The translations under genes were made by a program, and so were the position numbers. This document shows positions 19,175 through 29,625 of a stretch of DNA of 64,000 nucleotides, one piece after another. The DNA lies in contig JBPOFY010000003.1 in assembly GCA_051252375.1 (NCBI GenBank), positions 288,001 through 352,000 on the forward strand, in the 5' to 3' direction. The notes under the pieces are model-generated. The model saw only the letters and a list, made by a program, of their open reading frames with translations. It did not search any database and was not told the DNA's origin. This DNA comes from Opitutaceae bacterium. Lineage in GTDB: Bacteria > Verrucomicrobiota > Verrucomicrobiia > Opitutales > Coraliomargaritaceae. Numbering within the stretch: position 1 is the stretch's first letter; the number at the start of each line of letters is the position of its first letter.

Positions 19175-20746
19175 TTACTTTAGGGATTCAAAATCTATAG
19201 CAGAGATACGATTGTCAGAACCAGTGTCCTCGATTGGTCCGCAAGACACACCAACGATACCTGAAGTTTTATCACCAAGGATCATTGGATACCCTGTGTA
19301 ATTGTTGATCGTCATGTTCGTTGCTGGGTAATCATCAACCTTCGTGATGGATGAAATAATTCTCCGATCTCCCCCAACATTGATTATCAATTCTTGTTCA
19401 AAGTTGGTCGCAGTCGTTCTAAAGGTCAGATTGTGGTTTTTCCCAGTAATGTAGGCGACGTGCTTGCTGCCATTATGGTTCCCACGGCTTGGATCGCCGT
19501 GCGGTAGTATAGTGATATCGGCATTGACGCCCGAATCGCGCTCGTAATCGACACCAAACGCTGGCCCGTGCTGCACATCCGCACTGCAGTTGACGATATC
19601 ACCCGAGCCAATGGCATAGCCTCTTTCGGTTCCAATCGCTTCACAACCTTCCACATATTTTTTACCAGTCGCATGCGTTAATGTGACGCCGACTCGCATG
19701 TCCTTGATTCTGCAATTCAATATCGTGACATCATTCGTGCCTCTGCTATACTCGACACCATCAATAATGGTTTCGCCTGCATTGTAAGCACGGATACCAG
19801 CTTCGCCCGTGCTTTTTGTATAGCCCTTAGGCAGGCGGTAGCCCCAAACCGTTTTGAAATTAATCAAATCGACGGGTGATCCAGTTCCTTCCTCAAGCAG
19901 CATATCGTCGGTGGTTCTTACTTCTCCCTCTACATAGCAATCCTCGATCGTCGGGTGGTTGGCAGCTTGCATGAAAATACCATGGCCATAGGATCGGTGA
20001 ATAAGTGTGCAGCCTTTAATGTGATTATAATCACCGCGTATTAATAGCGCACTATGTTTACGGTGTTTAATGACTGTGTTACCGCCTTTTCCAAAGGCAT
20101 CTCCATAGCCATAAGGATAGGAGCCCTTGATTGTCATATGAAAGCCTTCAATCCTATTGTGTGATCCATCCATGACAACATTAGTGCCTCGATCGTTCGG
20201 TGCGTCATGCACTGTCCCAACATCAATCATGATTAGATTTTTCAATACATTATTATTACCAATGATTTGGAGCTCAATGAAGCGGCGAATGCCTGCTGCT
20301 CGAAATGCCGCGGTTTCAATATTAAGCGTTACACCGGTAAAATCATAAGTGCTGTTATTGCCAGAGAAGAGCAGGAACACCCGGTTCACGCGGCCTAAAA
20401 TGTCCGTCTCATCAGTATATAATCCATTGTTAACATCCTCCTCAGTAATGGTGTAAGTTCCCGGTGCCAATCTTACATGCACATTATCGTCATCAAGATA
20501 CGGTTTCAGCGCACTCAAGGAATTCACTGTTACTTCATGCGGAGAATCGTCGACCAAATCGTGTGTTGATCCAATTTTCACTGTTTGAGCAGCCAAAAAA
20601 CCGCCTGCCAAACCGTGTATGGATCCAATCAATACCAGTAGTATGATCGACCTCGATATCATTCGAGGTGATTCTATTATGGCTGCACGTGGTGGTGTTA
20701 TAGTATGCAGCTTTTGACTGATTTGAGATACAATGTTATTTAGCAT
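19175..20746 (-). CDS. PL43 fucoidan (fucoglucuronomannan) lyase, FdlA-like
   Basis: YGDAFGKGG, YGHGIF, GEAGIRAYN, MRVGVTLTH. Residue spacing matches, without gaps, the FdlA active-site numbering as recalled (D137, K141, H176, F179, E236, R240, Y242, N243, R272, H279). True start may be 20662 (MISRSIILL). Confidence 0.85.
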   Translation of the reverse strand: MLNNIVSQISQKLHTITPPRAAIIESPRMISRSIILLVLIGSIHGLAGGFLAAQTVKIGSTHDLVDDSPHEVTVNSLSALKPYLDDDNVHVRLAPGTYTITEEDVNNGLYTDETDILGRVNRVFLLFSGNNSTYDFTGVTLNIETAAFRAAGIRRFIELQIIGNNNVLKNLIMIDVGTVHDAPNDRGTNVVMDGSHNRIEGFHMTIKGSYPYGYGDAFGKGGNTVIKHRKHSALLIRGDYNHIKGCTLIHRSYGHGIFMQAANHPTIEDCYVEGEVRTTDDMLLEEGTGSPVDLINFKTVWGYRLPKGYTKSTGEAGIRAYNAGETIIDGVEYSRGTNDVTILNCRIKDMRVGVTLTHATGKKYVEGCEAIGTERGYAIGSGDIVNCSADVQHGPAFGVDYERDSGVNADITILPHGDPSRGNHNGSKHVAYITGKNHNLTFRTTATNFEQELIINVGGDRRIISSITKVDDYPATNMTINNYTGYPMILGDKTSGIVGVSCGPIEDTGSDNRISAIDFESLK

Positions 20747-20756
20747 TTTTTAGATC

Positions 20757-23700
20757 TTAGAAGGTTGCCTCTTCACGAAGAAGTTCGCCGTTCAATGTTT
20801 CGCGGACGGTGACTTTGACATCACCCGAATCCAAGCCTTCGATCTGGATGCCTTGAATGCGACCGTCGGTGAGTTCAACGATCAGCTTGTCAGCGCTCGG
20901 AGCAGTGACGGACTTGATCATAGAATTGTTCTCATACAACTCTACGACAGAGAGGAAACGAGCCTCTGTGCCATGGCTGCGGACGGCCATCGATTTGAGC
21001 CGCTGTGTTTCGTCGCCCAGTGGGAAGTCGCCGCCGATCTTGGCTTTAAATGCGACAGCGTTCAGACCAGAGAGATCGACGGTGATAACGCCGGCTTCTT
21101 TGTCATTCTTCGGCATGCCGGGTGTGGAGTCGGCCATCGGAGCACCGCCGATTTTAATGGGGCCGTCATAGTAATCGAGACCTGCTGTTTTGGGCATCAC
21201 GATGTTGTCATATTTCAGTGGAAGGGTGGAGAGCAGCACCTCAGAGCCGTCTTTTAATGCGAGGCGAGCGTTGCCCCAGAAGATGGTGTTGTTCTTATTG
21301 TTATTCACTTGAGTGGTCAGCACGAGCTGCTGTTTACCCGACACATCGAGTTCAATCTCTTGCGCGCCTAGTATCCATGCACCTGTGCGATCCTCCAACA
21401 GCGTGTCGCCATCGGCTGAGACCGAATAGTGTAGCTGCTTATTAACGCCATGGCTTTCAGGCGAGGTCCCGATGATGAACTCAGCGCTTTGGGGCCAGGC
21501 ATTGAATACATCGATTTTTAATGCTCCATCGGTGCTGTGTGGTAGGCGTAGGCCGCTGTTGTCGGCACCTTCGCCCCAGAGTGTTTGGAAGCTAGCGCGG
21601 CTGGTGCCTTCGACTGAATACCAATCGCAGTCGACAATGAATTGCGCACTGCCGAGTGGGTCGGTGTTGAATTGGTTTGTGTGACGTAGGTGCTCAACTT
21701 TGTCAGCGGTCACACCTTTGAAACCTTTGGAGTGAAACATCCAGTCGAATTGGACTTCCTGCTCACTTTGTAGATAGTCGGCCATCATAATATAGTCATC
21801 CATGACGATCATGAGGCGTCGCTGAGTGACTGGCTTCGTGAACTCGGTGCAGGCGCCGTATTCGGGTGCATTCTCTGGGATTGGAATACTGCGGCCTTCT
21901 TCCCACACTCGCTCGGCAAAGGTTTGTTCCTCGTCGTAGTGAATGCCGCCGTAGGGTGGATAGCTCCAGCGCGAAACGGTTTCGACCACGCTGGCCTGCA
22001 TCATTTCTCCGGAGTGGAAGAGTGTGCGATAGTTCTCGACGGGCTCCTGTTGTTTTTCATCAACCACGACCATGTTCTTGTTGGTCGAGGTTTGCTTGAG
22101 GAACTTATAGAGATAACTGCCGTAGCCATACCAATACATCAAGGTGCCGTAAGGGCTACGTCCATAGCGCATCATGCTCACGAGATTAGTGCGGTCGAAG
22201 TGGCCGTGATAACCGCCGTGTGAGCCGTAGTGCATGGTCGCTTGGATCTGTTCGCTTTGTGGGCGATCCTTCGTCTGAGAGCGCAGTTGCACGATCCCCA
22301 TGTTGTCGGCGTAGGCGGATTGTTTCATCTTCTCAGAGCTGACTTCTGGCAGGTCGGGCACTCCGTAGAGTAGGTCGCGGCCCTTGCCTCGTTGGATGAT
22401 GGCGGCGTATTCGGGATCCCGATACACGTAGTAGGCTAACTCGTAGGGTTTGCCAGAGACCTTGCCGTCGACTGCGTCGTTGATGGCAGGGAGCACGCCG
22501 CGGTAATCGAGGAAGGGCACCGCAGCATCCCACATGTCTTTAATCTTAACGCTATTGCGTTCCAAACTGCCCCATTTTTCAAACTGCATGCCGTATTGAC
22601 CGCCGACTCTGCGGCTCGCTAGCAGCGAGAAGTGCTTGGTAGTGCCCAAGGGGAATTCTCGATCCTTAAAGTTGATACCCCAAGGCTCCAGCGCGAGTGC
22701 GATTTCAGAGAATTCGGTCGCGACCCAAGTGTTATAACCGACAGCACATTCATACCACCAGCCATCGCTCATGATCCCATGCTCCAAATGCGCGTAGATA
22801 CCAGTGGGGGAATTCAATAGCTGATCGATCAGATGCCAGTCTTGAATATTCATGGCGCAGTAAAAAGCTGCAGTGATTTCGGCCACGTTCCAGTTGCTGA
22901 TCGCGCCGCGGGTGTTGCCTTGAATGGTGCGCTCTGCGAAGAGTCTGAAAGTGTGTTCGGCCAGTGCTCGGTCTTCGTCGGTGAGCAGTTCACTGTCACG
23001 AACCAGATCGTAAGCACGGGCGAAGGATTGCCAGAACTTGCCTTCGCCAACGAAAGAGTTGCCACCGCCGACGAGTGTCGCGGGGTAGCCTGTCTCCATG
23101 TTCACTAGGGGGCGAATGACTTGCAGGATTTTCTTAGCGTATTCCTCATTGCCTGTTAACTGATACGCAATCGCGACTTCGAGAATGTCTCTGCCGTCGG
23201 TGTTGTAAATCGATTTGCCCAAGTTTTCGGCACCGTCAGCAGGATTAATTTTTGTTGGTTTTGGGGCCTTCCACTTGTCTGCGTCTCTTTCGTATTTTTT
23301 GAGACCGTCTTTGGCCCAGTCATATTGATCGACCTTGGCGCGCACGCTGTCCCAACCTTTGGAGGTGAACATGATGTTTGGCGTCGGCACGCGAACCGCA
23401 GTAATAAACTCAAGCGAGGCTAGGGCGGCACCATCGCCATTGGAGATTGCTTTGACCTTCTGCGTTTCTCGGATGCCTTGTGGTAGTTTCGCGGGGATGG
23501 GCACGGTCAAGGTGCAGGTCGCGGTTTCACCGGGCGCAAGTTTTAGAGAAGCTGGCTCAATGGAACCGTGCATGGACTCCCAGCCCATGGTCTCGATGCG
23601 TAGGCTGACGGATTGCGGCTGATTGGTCGTGTTGCCGACTTCGAACTCATAGCTGACGGTGGTGCCAGCGTCGGCAGACTTGCCTTGAACCGTAGCACTC

Positions 23701-24242
23701 AGGCCAATCGTGCGGCCGCGTTTGACGGCAACATTACGTATTTGGTAGCTCGAGTTCGTCACTGAATTGAATATCAACTCCACATGCTTGATCGCGAAGA
23801 GGGTGCCCCATTTTTGACCGGCATCGATGTTGAACATTTCCCAAGGAATATAGACTTCTTTCCAGCCCTGTCCGCTGAGACTGACCTTGGCGGTGCTGAC
23901 GGGATTACATTCGTCGTAGTCTTTGGGGTCTACTTTTAATACGGCAGTGATGTCGGTGTCGGATTCGTTTTCAAGATACACCTCGAAGGCTAGGCCGGTG
24001 TAGTCCGTCCAGTCAGCAGCATCGCCATAGTAGTTGCGCAAGATGCCTGGGTAGTAGATCCGGTTTTGATCCGAATACGTGTAGCTTGCCGTTTTGCCGT
24101 TTTCGAGGAGGGCAGTGCCGTCGTCGGCCTTGGAGACACCGCTCCAGTCTGAGAGGTCTGTGCTGCCAATATGAGAGTGGAAATTGCCAAAGGCCAGCAA
24201 GGGTATGGCCAGCATCAAGAGTGTGGAGACGGTTTTCTTCAT
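20757..24242 (-). CDS. Heparinase II/III-like (alpha/alpha toroid + beta-sandwich) putative polysaccharide lyase with N-terminal CBM11-like and Ig-like domains, paralog A
   Basis: Signal peptide; ISNWNVAE, DGWWYECAVGYN, YGSHGGYHGHFDRT, NMVVVD; resembles PL15/PL17-type motifs. Confidence 0.75.
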   Translation of the reverse strand: MKKTVSTLLMLAIPLLAFGNFHSHIGSTDLSDWSGVSKADDGTALLENGKTASYTYSDQNRIYYPGILRNYYGDAADWTDYTGLAFEVYLENESDTDITAVLKVDPKDYDECNPVSTAKVSLSGQGWKEVYIPWEMFNIDAGQKWGTLFAIKHVELIFNSVTNSSYQIRNVAVKRGRTIGLSATVQGKSADAGTTVSYEFEVGNTTNQPQSVSLRIETMGWESMHGSIEPASLKLAPGETATCTLTVPIPAKLPQGIRETQKVKAISNGDGAALASLEFITAVRVPTPNIMFTSKGWDSVRAKVDQYDWAKDGLKKYERDADKWKAPKPTKINPADGAENLGKSIYNTDGRDILEVAIAYQLTGNEEYAKKILQVIRPLVNMETGYPATLVGGGNSFVGEGKFWQSFARAYDLVRDSELLTDEDRALAEHTFRLFAERTIQGNTRGAISNWNVAEITAAFYCAMNIQDWHLIDQLLNSPTGIYAHLEHGIMSDGWWYECAVGYNTWVATEFSEIALALEPWGINFKDREFPLGTTKHFSLLASRRVGGQYGMQFEKWGSLERNSVKIKDMWDAAVPFLDYRGVLPAINDAVDGKVSGKPYELAYYVYRDPEYAAIIQRGKGRDLLYGVPDLPEVSSEKMKQSAYADNMGIVQLRSQTKDRPQSEQIQATMHYGSHGGYHGHFDRTNLVSMMRYGRSPYGTLMYWYGYGSYLYKFLKQTSTNKNMVVVDEKQQEPVENYRTLFHSGEMMQASVVETVSRWSYPPYGGIHYDEEQTFAERVWEEGRSIPIPENAPEYGACTEFTKPVTQRRLMIVMDDYIMMADYLQSEQEVQFDWMFHSKGFKGVTADKVEHLRHTNQFNTDPLGSAQFIVDCDWYSVEGTSRASFQTLWGEGADNSGLRLPHSTDGALKIDVFNAWPQSAEFIIGTSPESHGVNKQLHYSVSADGDTLLEDRTGAWILGAQEIELDVSGKQQLVLTTQVNNNKNNTIFWGNARLALKDGSEVLLSTLPLKYDNIVMPKTAGLDYYDGPIKIGGAPMADSTPGMPKNDKEAGVITVDLSGLNAVAFKAKIGGDFPLGDETQRLKSMAVRSHGTEARFLSVVELYENNSMIKSVTAPSADKLIVELTDGRIQGIQIEGLDSGDVKVTVRETLNGELLREEATF

Positions 24243-24253
24243 TATGTGTAAAC

Positions 24254-27200
24254 TTAGTTGGTCTCTTCTTCACGAACAAGTTGACCATCGCGAGTCTCGC
24301 GAACTGCGATCTTCACATCGTTTTCTTCAAATCCGGAAATTTTGATTTCTTGAGTGCGTCCATCGGACAGCTTGACGATTAACTCGTCGGCGCTCTTTGC
24401 AGTAACAGACTCGATGACGGATTCTGTTTCGTATGGCTCAATCACTGAGAGGAAACGCGCCTGCGTGCCTTCACTTCGAACGGCCATCGTTTTGCGGCGC
24501 TGCGTTTCGTCGCCCAAAGGGTAGTCGCCACCGAGGGTGGCTTTGAAGCTGACAACATCGAGGCCGCTGAGGTCGATGGTGACGCTACCGGATTCTTTGG
24601 AGTTCTCTGGCATGCCTGCAATAGACTGATCCATCGGCACGCCGGCGATCTTAACTGGGCCACCGTAGTAGTCTTGCCCCTGTGTCTCGGGTAGTAGGAT
24701 GTTGTCGTAACTGATTGGAAGTTCGTGGATGTATTTCTCCGAACCGTCCTTGAGCACAATGCGGGCATCGCCCCAGAAGATGGTGTTGTTGCGTGGCTTT
24801 TCCGTCTTGGTGGTCAGCGTGAGTTGCTTTGAACCGGAGATGTCCGCGTCGATTTGACGCTCTCCAAGGATCCAAGCACCGGTGCTGTCGTCGACCACGG
24901 TATTCCCGTCGGCTGCGACTGAGAACCAGACGCGCTTGTTGACTCCAAAGCTTTCCGCAGCAGCAGCGATCATGACTTCGCTATCTTTTGGCCATGCGTT
25001 GAATACATCCATCTTGAGGACGCCTTCTTCACTGTTCGGCATGCGAGCGCCTGCGTTGTCGGCGCCTTTGCCCCAGCGTGTTTCAAACTTGGAACGTGCG
25101 GTGCCAGTCGTGGCATACCAATTACAATCGGTTACGAATTGTCCCGCACCTAATGGGTCTTTGTTCATTTGACCGTCGTGGCGAATCAGCTCAGTGCTTT
25201 CGGAAGTGATGCCCTTGAAGCCCTTGATGTTGATCAGCCAGTCGAAGGTGCGCTCCTGTTCGGCTTCGAGGTAGTCCGCGAGCACAATATAGTCGTCCAT
25301 CATGATCATGAGGCGGCGTTGCAGGACTGGTTCGGTGTAGTCGGTGCAAAGACCATACTCGGGTGTTTCATCCGGGATGAATAAGGAACGGTTCTCTAGC
25401 TCGGACTTCTCTTTAAACGATGCGTAGTCATCGCCATAAACCAGGCCACCATAAGGAGGGTGGCTCCAACGTGCGTTGGACTCGACTACAGTGGCCTGTA
25501 GCATGTCGCCGGTGTAGAAGAAGGTGCGGAAGCTTTCAACGGGTTCTTGCTGCTTCTGATCGACGACGACCATGTTCTTGTTGATCGAGGTCTGAACAAG
25601 GAATTTGTAGAGGTAGGAACCATAACCATACCAGAACATTTCAGGGTTATAGAAACTGCGGCCATAGCGGGCCATGTGCACTAAGCTGGTTCGGTCGAAG
25701 TGGCCATGGTGTCCGCCGTGTGAACCGTAGTGGAGGACGGCTTGGATTTGTTCGCGCTGCTCGCGGTTCTCCGCTTGTGAGCGTAATTGCACGACGCCCA
25801 TGTTGTCGGCATAGGCGGACTCTGCCATTTTCTCGGAAGTATGGTCGGGTAGGTCGGGGACGCCGTAGAGTAGGTGGCGACCTTCGCCGCGGTTGATGAT
25901 GGCAGCGTATTCAGGATCTCGATACAGGTAGTAGGCCAGTTCGTAGGGTTTGCCTGTTACATAGGATTCCTGTGCGTCGTTGATCGCGAAGATGACGCCG
26001 CGATAGTCTAGGAAGGGGACGGTGGCGTCCCACATGTCTTTAATGCCGATGCTGTTTTGTGCGAGGGTGCCCCATTTTTCAAATGCCATGCCGTGCAAGC
26101 CCTTGACGCGGCGACTTGCTTGCAGGGAGAAGTGTGGGGTGGTGCCAATTTGAAAGCGCTGATCCTTCAGGTTGATTCCCCAAGGCTCTAGCGCGATAGC
26201 GATTTCGGAAAACTCACTGGCCACCCAAGTATTGTAGCCGACCGCGCATTCATACCACCAGCCATCACTCATGATGCCGTGATAGATCTGAGCATAGATA
26301 CCAGTTGGTGAATTCAACAGATGATCGACGTAATGCCAATCTTGCAGCGCGAGTGCTGCGTAGGCAGCAGCAGTGAGTTCGGCGACGTTCCAATTACTAA
26401 TGGCGCCGCGCGTGTTGCCTTTGATCGTCCGTTCAATGTAGCGGCGCAGTGTCTTTTCCATGCGGTCATGGTCATCCTCGGTCATCAGGTCTGAGTCACG
26501 AATCATGTCGTAGGCGCGGGTGACGCCTTGAAAGAAGACGCCTTCGCCGACAAATGAGATGTCGCCGCCACGTTCGGTGACGAGATAGCCATCATTATCA
26601 CGGTTGAGACGGCGGAAGAGCTGTAGGCATTTTTCTGCGTATTCTTGCTTGCCGGTTACTTGATACGCGATGCCTGTTGCGATCAGCTTGTCGGAGTCGC
26701 TCTTGTGGAAAATTGATTTCGCGTGGGGATTTTCTGGATCGAGCGCATTGCCTTCGGAAACCTTCCAATTGGAAGCGATTTTTTCATACTCAGCGAGCGA
26801 GTCTTTGGCCCAATCGTAACGCTCAACTTTCTCACGGACTTCTTGCCACTTGTCTGCGGTGAACACGACATTGGGTGTTGGAACGGCAACCGCAGTGGTC
26901 AGTTCGATACTTTCGGAGGCCGAGCCGTCGCCGTTTGGCGTCACTCGAATCACTTGATTCTCACGGACTCCTGATGGCAATGACGCGGGGATATCGACGG
27001 TGACTGTGCAGTTGGCGACTTCGCCCGGCCCAAGTTGTAGTGTCGAAGGTTGGACGGAGGCAGTCATGGATTCCCAGCCCAAACGCTCAAGCTGAACTTG
27101 AACTGCCTGAGTGCTGTCGGTGGTGTTGCCAATACTCAGTTCGTAGGCAACTGAACCACCTGCGCTTGTCGCCTTGCCGCGAATTGAAGCATCCAATGCT

Positions 27201-27730
27201 AGCACCTCGCCTTGTGTGACTTCGACGTTTCGAATTTGTAGTTCTTGGGCACTGCTTGATGTCGCAGTGATTTCAAGCGTCTTGACAGCCTGAAGCGTGT
27301 TGCCGAGTTGGCCCATGTTGATATCGAAAAGCTTCCAAGGAACATAGACCTGTTGCCAACCTTGGCCTGCGAGTTGCAGTTTTGCAGTGCTGATCGGGTT
27401 CAGATTTTGGTAGTCCAGCGGGTCCACTTTGATTGCAACACTGAGCTCTGCCGATGATTCGTTTTCGAGGTAGATTTCAAATGCGATGCCCGCGTAGTCA
27501 TACCAGTCTGCAGAGTCTCCATAAAAATCCCTCAATAGTCCCGGGTAGACACGATTCTGATCCGAGTAGGTGTAGCTGATGGGCTGGCTGTTCTGGATTA
27601 CAGCCGCTTGCTCGCTAACACTGGAAACACCCGACCAGTCGCTTAAGTCGTTTTCTCCGATACTTTTGCGCAGATCGGCATGCGCGAATGATGCTAGGGC
27701 TAGGGACAGAAAGACGAGGTATTGCTTCAT
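24254..27730 (-). CDS. Heparinase II/III-like putative polysaccharide lyase, paralog B (tandem duplicate)
   Basis: Same architecture and motifs (DGWWYECAVGYNTWVA, YGSHGGHHGHFDRT) as 20757..24242. Confidence 0.75.
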   Translation of the reverse strand: MKQYLVFLSLALASFAHADLRKSIGENDLSDWSGVSSVSEQAAVIQNSQPISYTYSDQNRVYPGLLRDFYGDSADWYDYAGIAFEIYLENESSAELSVAIKVDPLDYQNLNPISTAKLQLAGQGWQQVYVPWKLFDINMGQLGNTLQAVKTLEITATSSSAQELQIRNVEVTQGEVLALDASIRGKATSAGGSVAYELSIGNTTDSTQAVQVQLERLGWESMTASVQPSTLQLGPGEVANCTVTVDIPASLPSGVRENQVIRVTPNGDGSASESIELTTAVAVPTPNVVFTADKWQEVREKVERYDWAKDSLAEYEKIASNWKVSEGNALDPENPHAKSIFHKSDSDKLIATGIAYQVTGKQEYAEKCLQLFRRLNRDNDGYLVTERGGDISFVGEGVFFQGVTRAYDMIRDSDLMTEDDHDRMEKTLRRYIERTIKGNTRGAISNWNVAELTAAAYAALALQDWHYVDHLLNSPTGIYAQIYHGIMSDGWWYECAVGYNTWVASEFSEIAIALEPWGINLKDQRFQIGTTPHFSLQASRRVKGLHGMAFEKWGTLAQNSIGIKDMWDATVPFLDYRGVIFAINDAQESYVTGKPYELAYYLYRDPEYAAIINRGEGRHLLYGVPDLPDHTSEKMAESAYADNMGVVQLRSQAENREQREQIQAVLHYGSHGGHHGHFDRTSLVHMARYGRSFYNPEMFWYGYGSYLYKFLVQTSINKNMVVVDQKQQEPVESFRTFFYTGDMLQATVVESNARWSHPPYGGLVYGDDYASFKEKSELENRSLFIPDETPEYGLCTDYTEPVLQRRLMIMMDDYIVLADYLEAEQERTFDWLINIKGFKGITSESTELIRHDGQMNKDPLGAGQFVTDCNWYATTGTARSKFETRWGKGADNAGARMPNSEEGVLKMDVFNAWPKDSEVMIAAAAESFGVNKRVWFSVAADGNTVVDDSTGAWILGERQIDADISGSKQLTLTTKTEKPRNNTIFWGDARIVLKDGSEKYIHELPISYDNILLPETQGQDYYGGPVKIAGVPMDQSIAGMPENSKESGSVTIDLSGLDVVSFKATLGGDYPLGDETQRRKTMAVRSEGTQARFLSVIEPYETESVIESVTAKSADELIVKLSDGRTQEIKISGFEENDVKIAVRETRDGQLVREEETN

Positions 27731-27811
27731 AGTATTGTTCTAAAGTGTGCGGCTCTGTGTGCCGATTTATTTAGTGATCTGGGTGTTTACATTGGTAACT
27801 CAACGCAGCTT

Positions 27812-29602
27812 TTACTCTTTAGAATCACTTTCAACAACGAAGATAGACTTGCCTTGAACGCTAGGATTAAGGATCCAGCGATTGCCGACGCGTTTTGCAG
27901 GGATCGGGCGACCATCTTGGAGGACTGAAGTGCCACCTTCGATAACAGGTAGCTCGAGTTGTAATTGTATTTGCGGTGGAATATCCAATGAGAGTGTGAA
28001 GGCATCTCCTTGTTCCCATTCGATTAGGATCGGGCCATGCGGTGTTGGCACTTTCCCTTTGGCGAAGCTCAACCCGCTTGGTTGTGGGCGAATACGTGCG
28101 GTTTGCCATCCTGGAGTTAAAGCTTCAGCCCCTAAGACATAGCGGGGTAGCAAGTTGGCCGGTGCAGCGCCCCAGGCATGATTCCAGTCTTGGTTGGACT
28201 TATATTTCATATCCCAAGCTTCCCAAGTGATGGTTGCGCCGGATTCCACCATGTGTCGCCAACTGCGATCGGTGGGTGCAGTCATCAAGTCGACCGCAGC
28301 TTGACTGGCTCCATTCTCAAAAAGTGCTTCGAGCAAATATTGGGCGGCATAAACAGAGCAGCTCATTCCACGTTCGACCAGCCAATCAGTGATCGCAGGG
28401 CGTTGTTCTACCGGCACTAAATCGAGGGCCAAGGGGAAGAGGTTTGCATGCGCCGATTGATGGTGTGTGTGGATGCCATCGTTGTAGCGTCCTGATTTGG
28501 AATCAAAAAGCTGTGCTTGAAATTCGATCTGAGCATTTGATGCCATCTCGCGCCACTTGCTGGCATCACTTGAAAGTTCGAGGGCATCTGCTAAATCAGC
28601 CATCATGAATAAGCTTCGTATGTAAAACGCATTCACGACCGTGTTGACTTCGGTGAATACAAATCCGTCGCGTTCGCCCTTTGGCCAATCGACTATGTCA
28701 TCTCTTTTGATCTGCTTGTCGTTGCTGTGGACGAGGCTGTCTTTCACACGGTCCAAAAGGAGTTTTGATTCGAGCGCGGAATAACGAGGACGCAGCCATT
28801 CTGCGTCGCCAGTGTGCATCCAGTCGGCATGCGCCATGAAAATCATATGTGATGCCCATTCCGTCGGCCATGTCGGGTGCTGCATCAAATAGTCGTAGGT
28901 ATCGCGCGCCATTTGAATATCATTGTCGGTGTAGTAATGACTTAGCTGATTTAAATAAGCGTCGGCCTCGTAAGGAATACGCTCACGGTCACCGTCCACA
29001 TAGACACCTGCAAAAGTGGTTGCTTTGATCGACCATTTACAAAGCTCCCAGATGCGATTGAGCATCTCATCGGAACATTCGAATGTGGCCGCATTATCAT
29101 CCCAGTTAGATGAATATGCCGCGCGCCTCGTTATGTGTTCGGGCAGAAGCTCGCCTTTCCATCCTTCGATTTCTACCCAACGAAAGGGGAGGATCACACC
29201 CCATTCTTTAGGCGTCAGGACAGCATTTCGGTCGACTCTGGTATTTCGGCTGTCCGCTGGCGGTGCGGCAATAATCGAGTCGGCACCAGTTAGTGTGACT
29301 GTCGCTTGGTTATAGCGGACAGTGCCCGAAGGCTTTCGATTGACTCTGCCATTCGTGAAGTCCTCTCCGAAGTGAACTGTGATTGTAGCGTTCGATCTTT
29401 CTGGAGGGCTTAGCAGGATGTTGCCAAAAGCAACACGACCAAAGTCGACGATGTATACGCCCGAAGCATCTTGCACAATACTGACAGGCGATTCTTCGTT
29501 GATCTTGGTAGGTTGATCCGTGGCTGCAAATGCACTAACTTTGAATGTCAGTGCAAGTATTCCCGCAAATCGAAATAGGGGTGCTGTGATACGTCTGGTC
29601 AT
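27812..29602 (-). CDS. GH78 alpha-L-rhamnosidase-family glycoside hydrolase
   Basis: VDGDRERIPYEAD, IVDWP, TITWEAWD, WNHAWGAAPA. Start moved from 29644 to MTRRIT (29602), which precedes a signal peptide and removes the overlap. Confidence 0.88.
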   Translation of the reverse strand: MTRRITAPLFRFAGILALTFKVSAFAATDQPTKINEESPVSIVQDASGVYIVDFGRVAFGNILLSPPERSNATITVHFGEDFTNGRVNRKPSGTVRYNQATVTLTGADSIIAAPPADSRNTRVDRNAVLTPKEWGVILPFRWVEIEGWKGELLPEHITRRAAYSSNWDDNAATFECSDEMLNRIWELCKWSIKATTFAGVYVDGDRERIPYEADAYLNQLSHYYTDNDIQMARDTYDYLMQHPTWPTEWASHMIFMAHADWMHTGDAEWLRPRYSALESKLLLDRVKDSLVHSNDKQIKRDDIVDWPKGERDGFVFTEVNTVVNAFYIRSLFMMADLADALELSSDASKWREMASNAQIEFQAQLFDSKSGRYNDGIHTHHQSAHANLFPLALDLVPVEQRPAITDWLVERGMSCSVYAAQYLLEALFENGASQAAVDLMTAPTDRSWRHMVESGATITWEAWDMKYKSNQDWNHAWGAAPANLLPRYVLGAEALTPGWQTARIRPQPSGLSFAKGKVPTPHGPILIEWEQGDAFTLSLDIPPQIQLQLELPVIEGGTSVLQDGRPIPAKRVGNRWILNPSVQGKSIFVVESDSKE

Positions 29603-29625
29603 GATTTTAAAATGCTTAATTTTAC

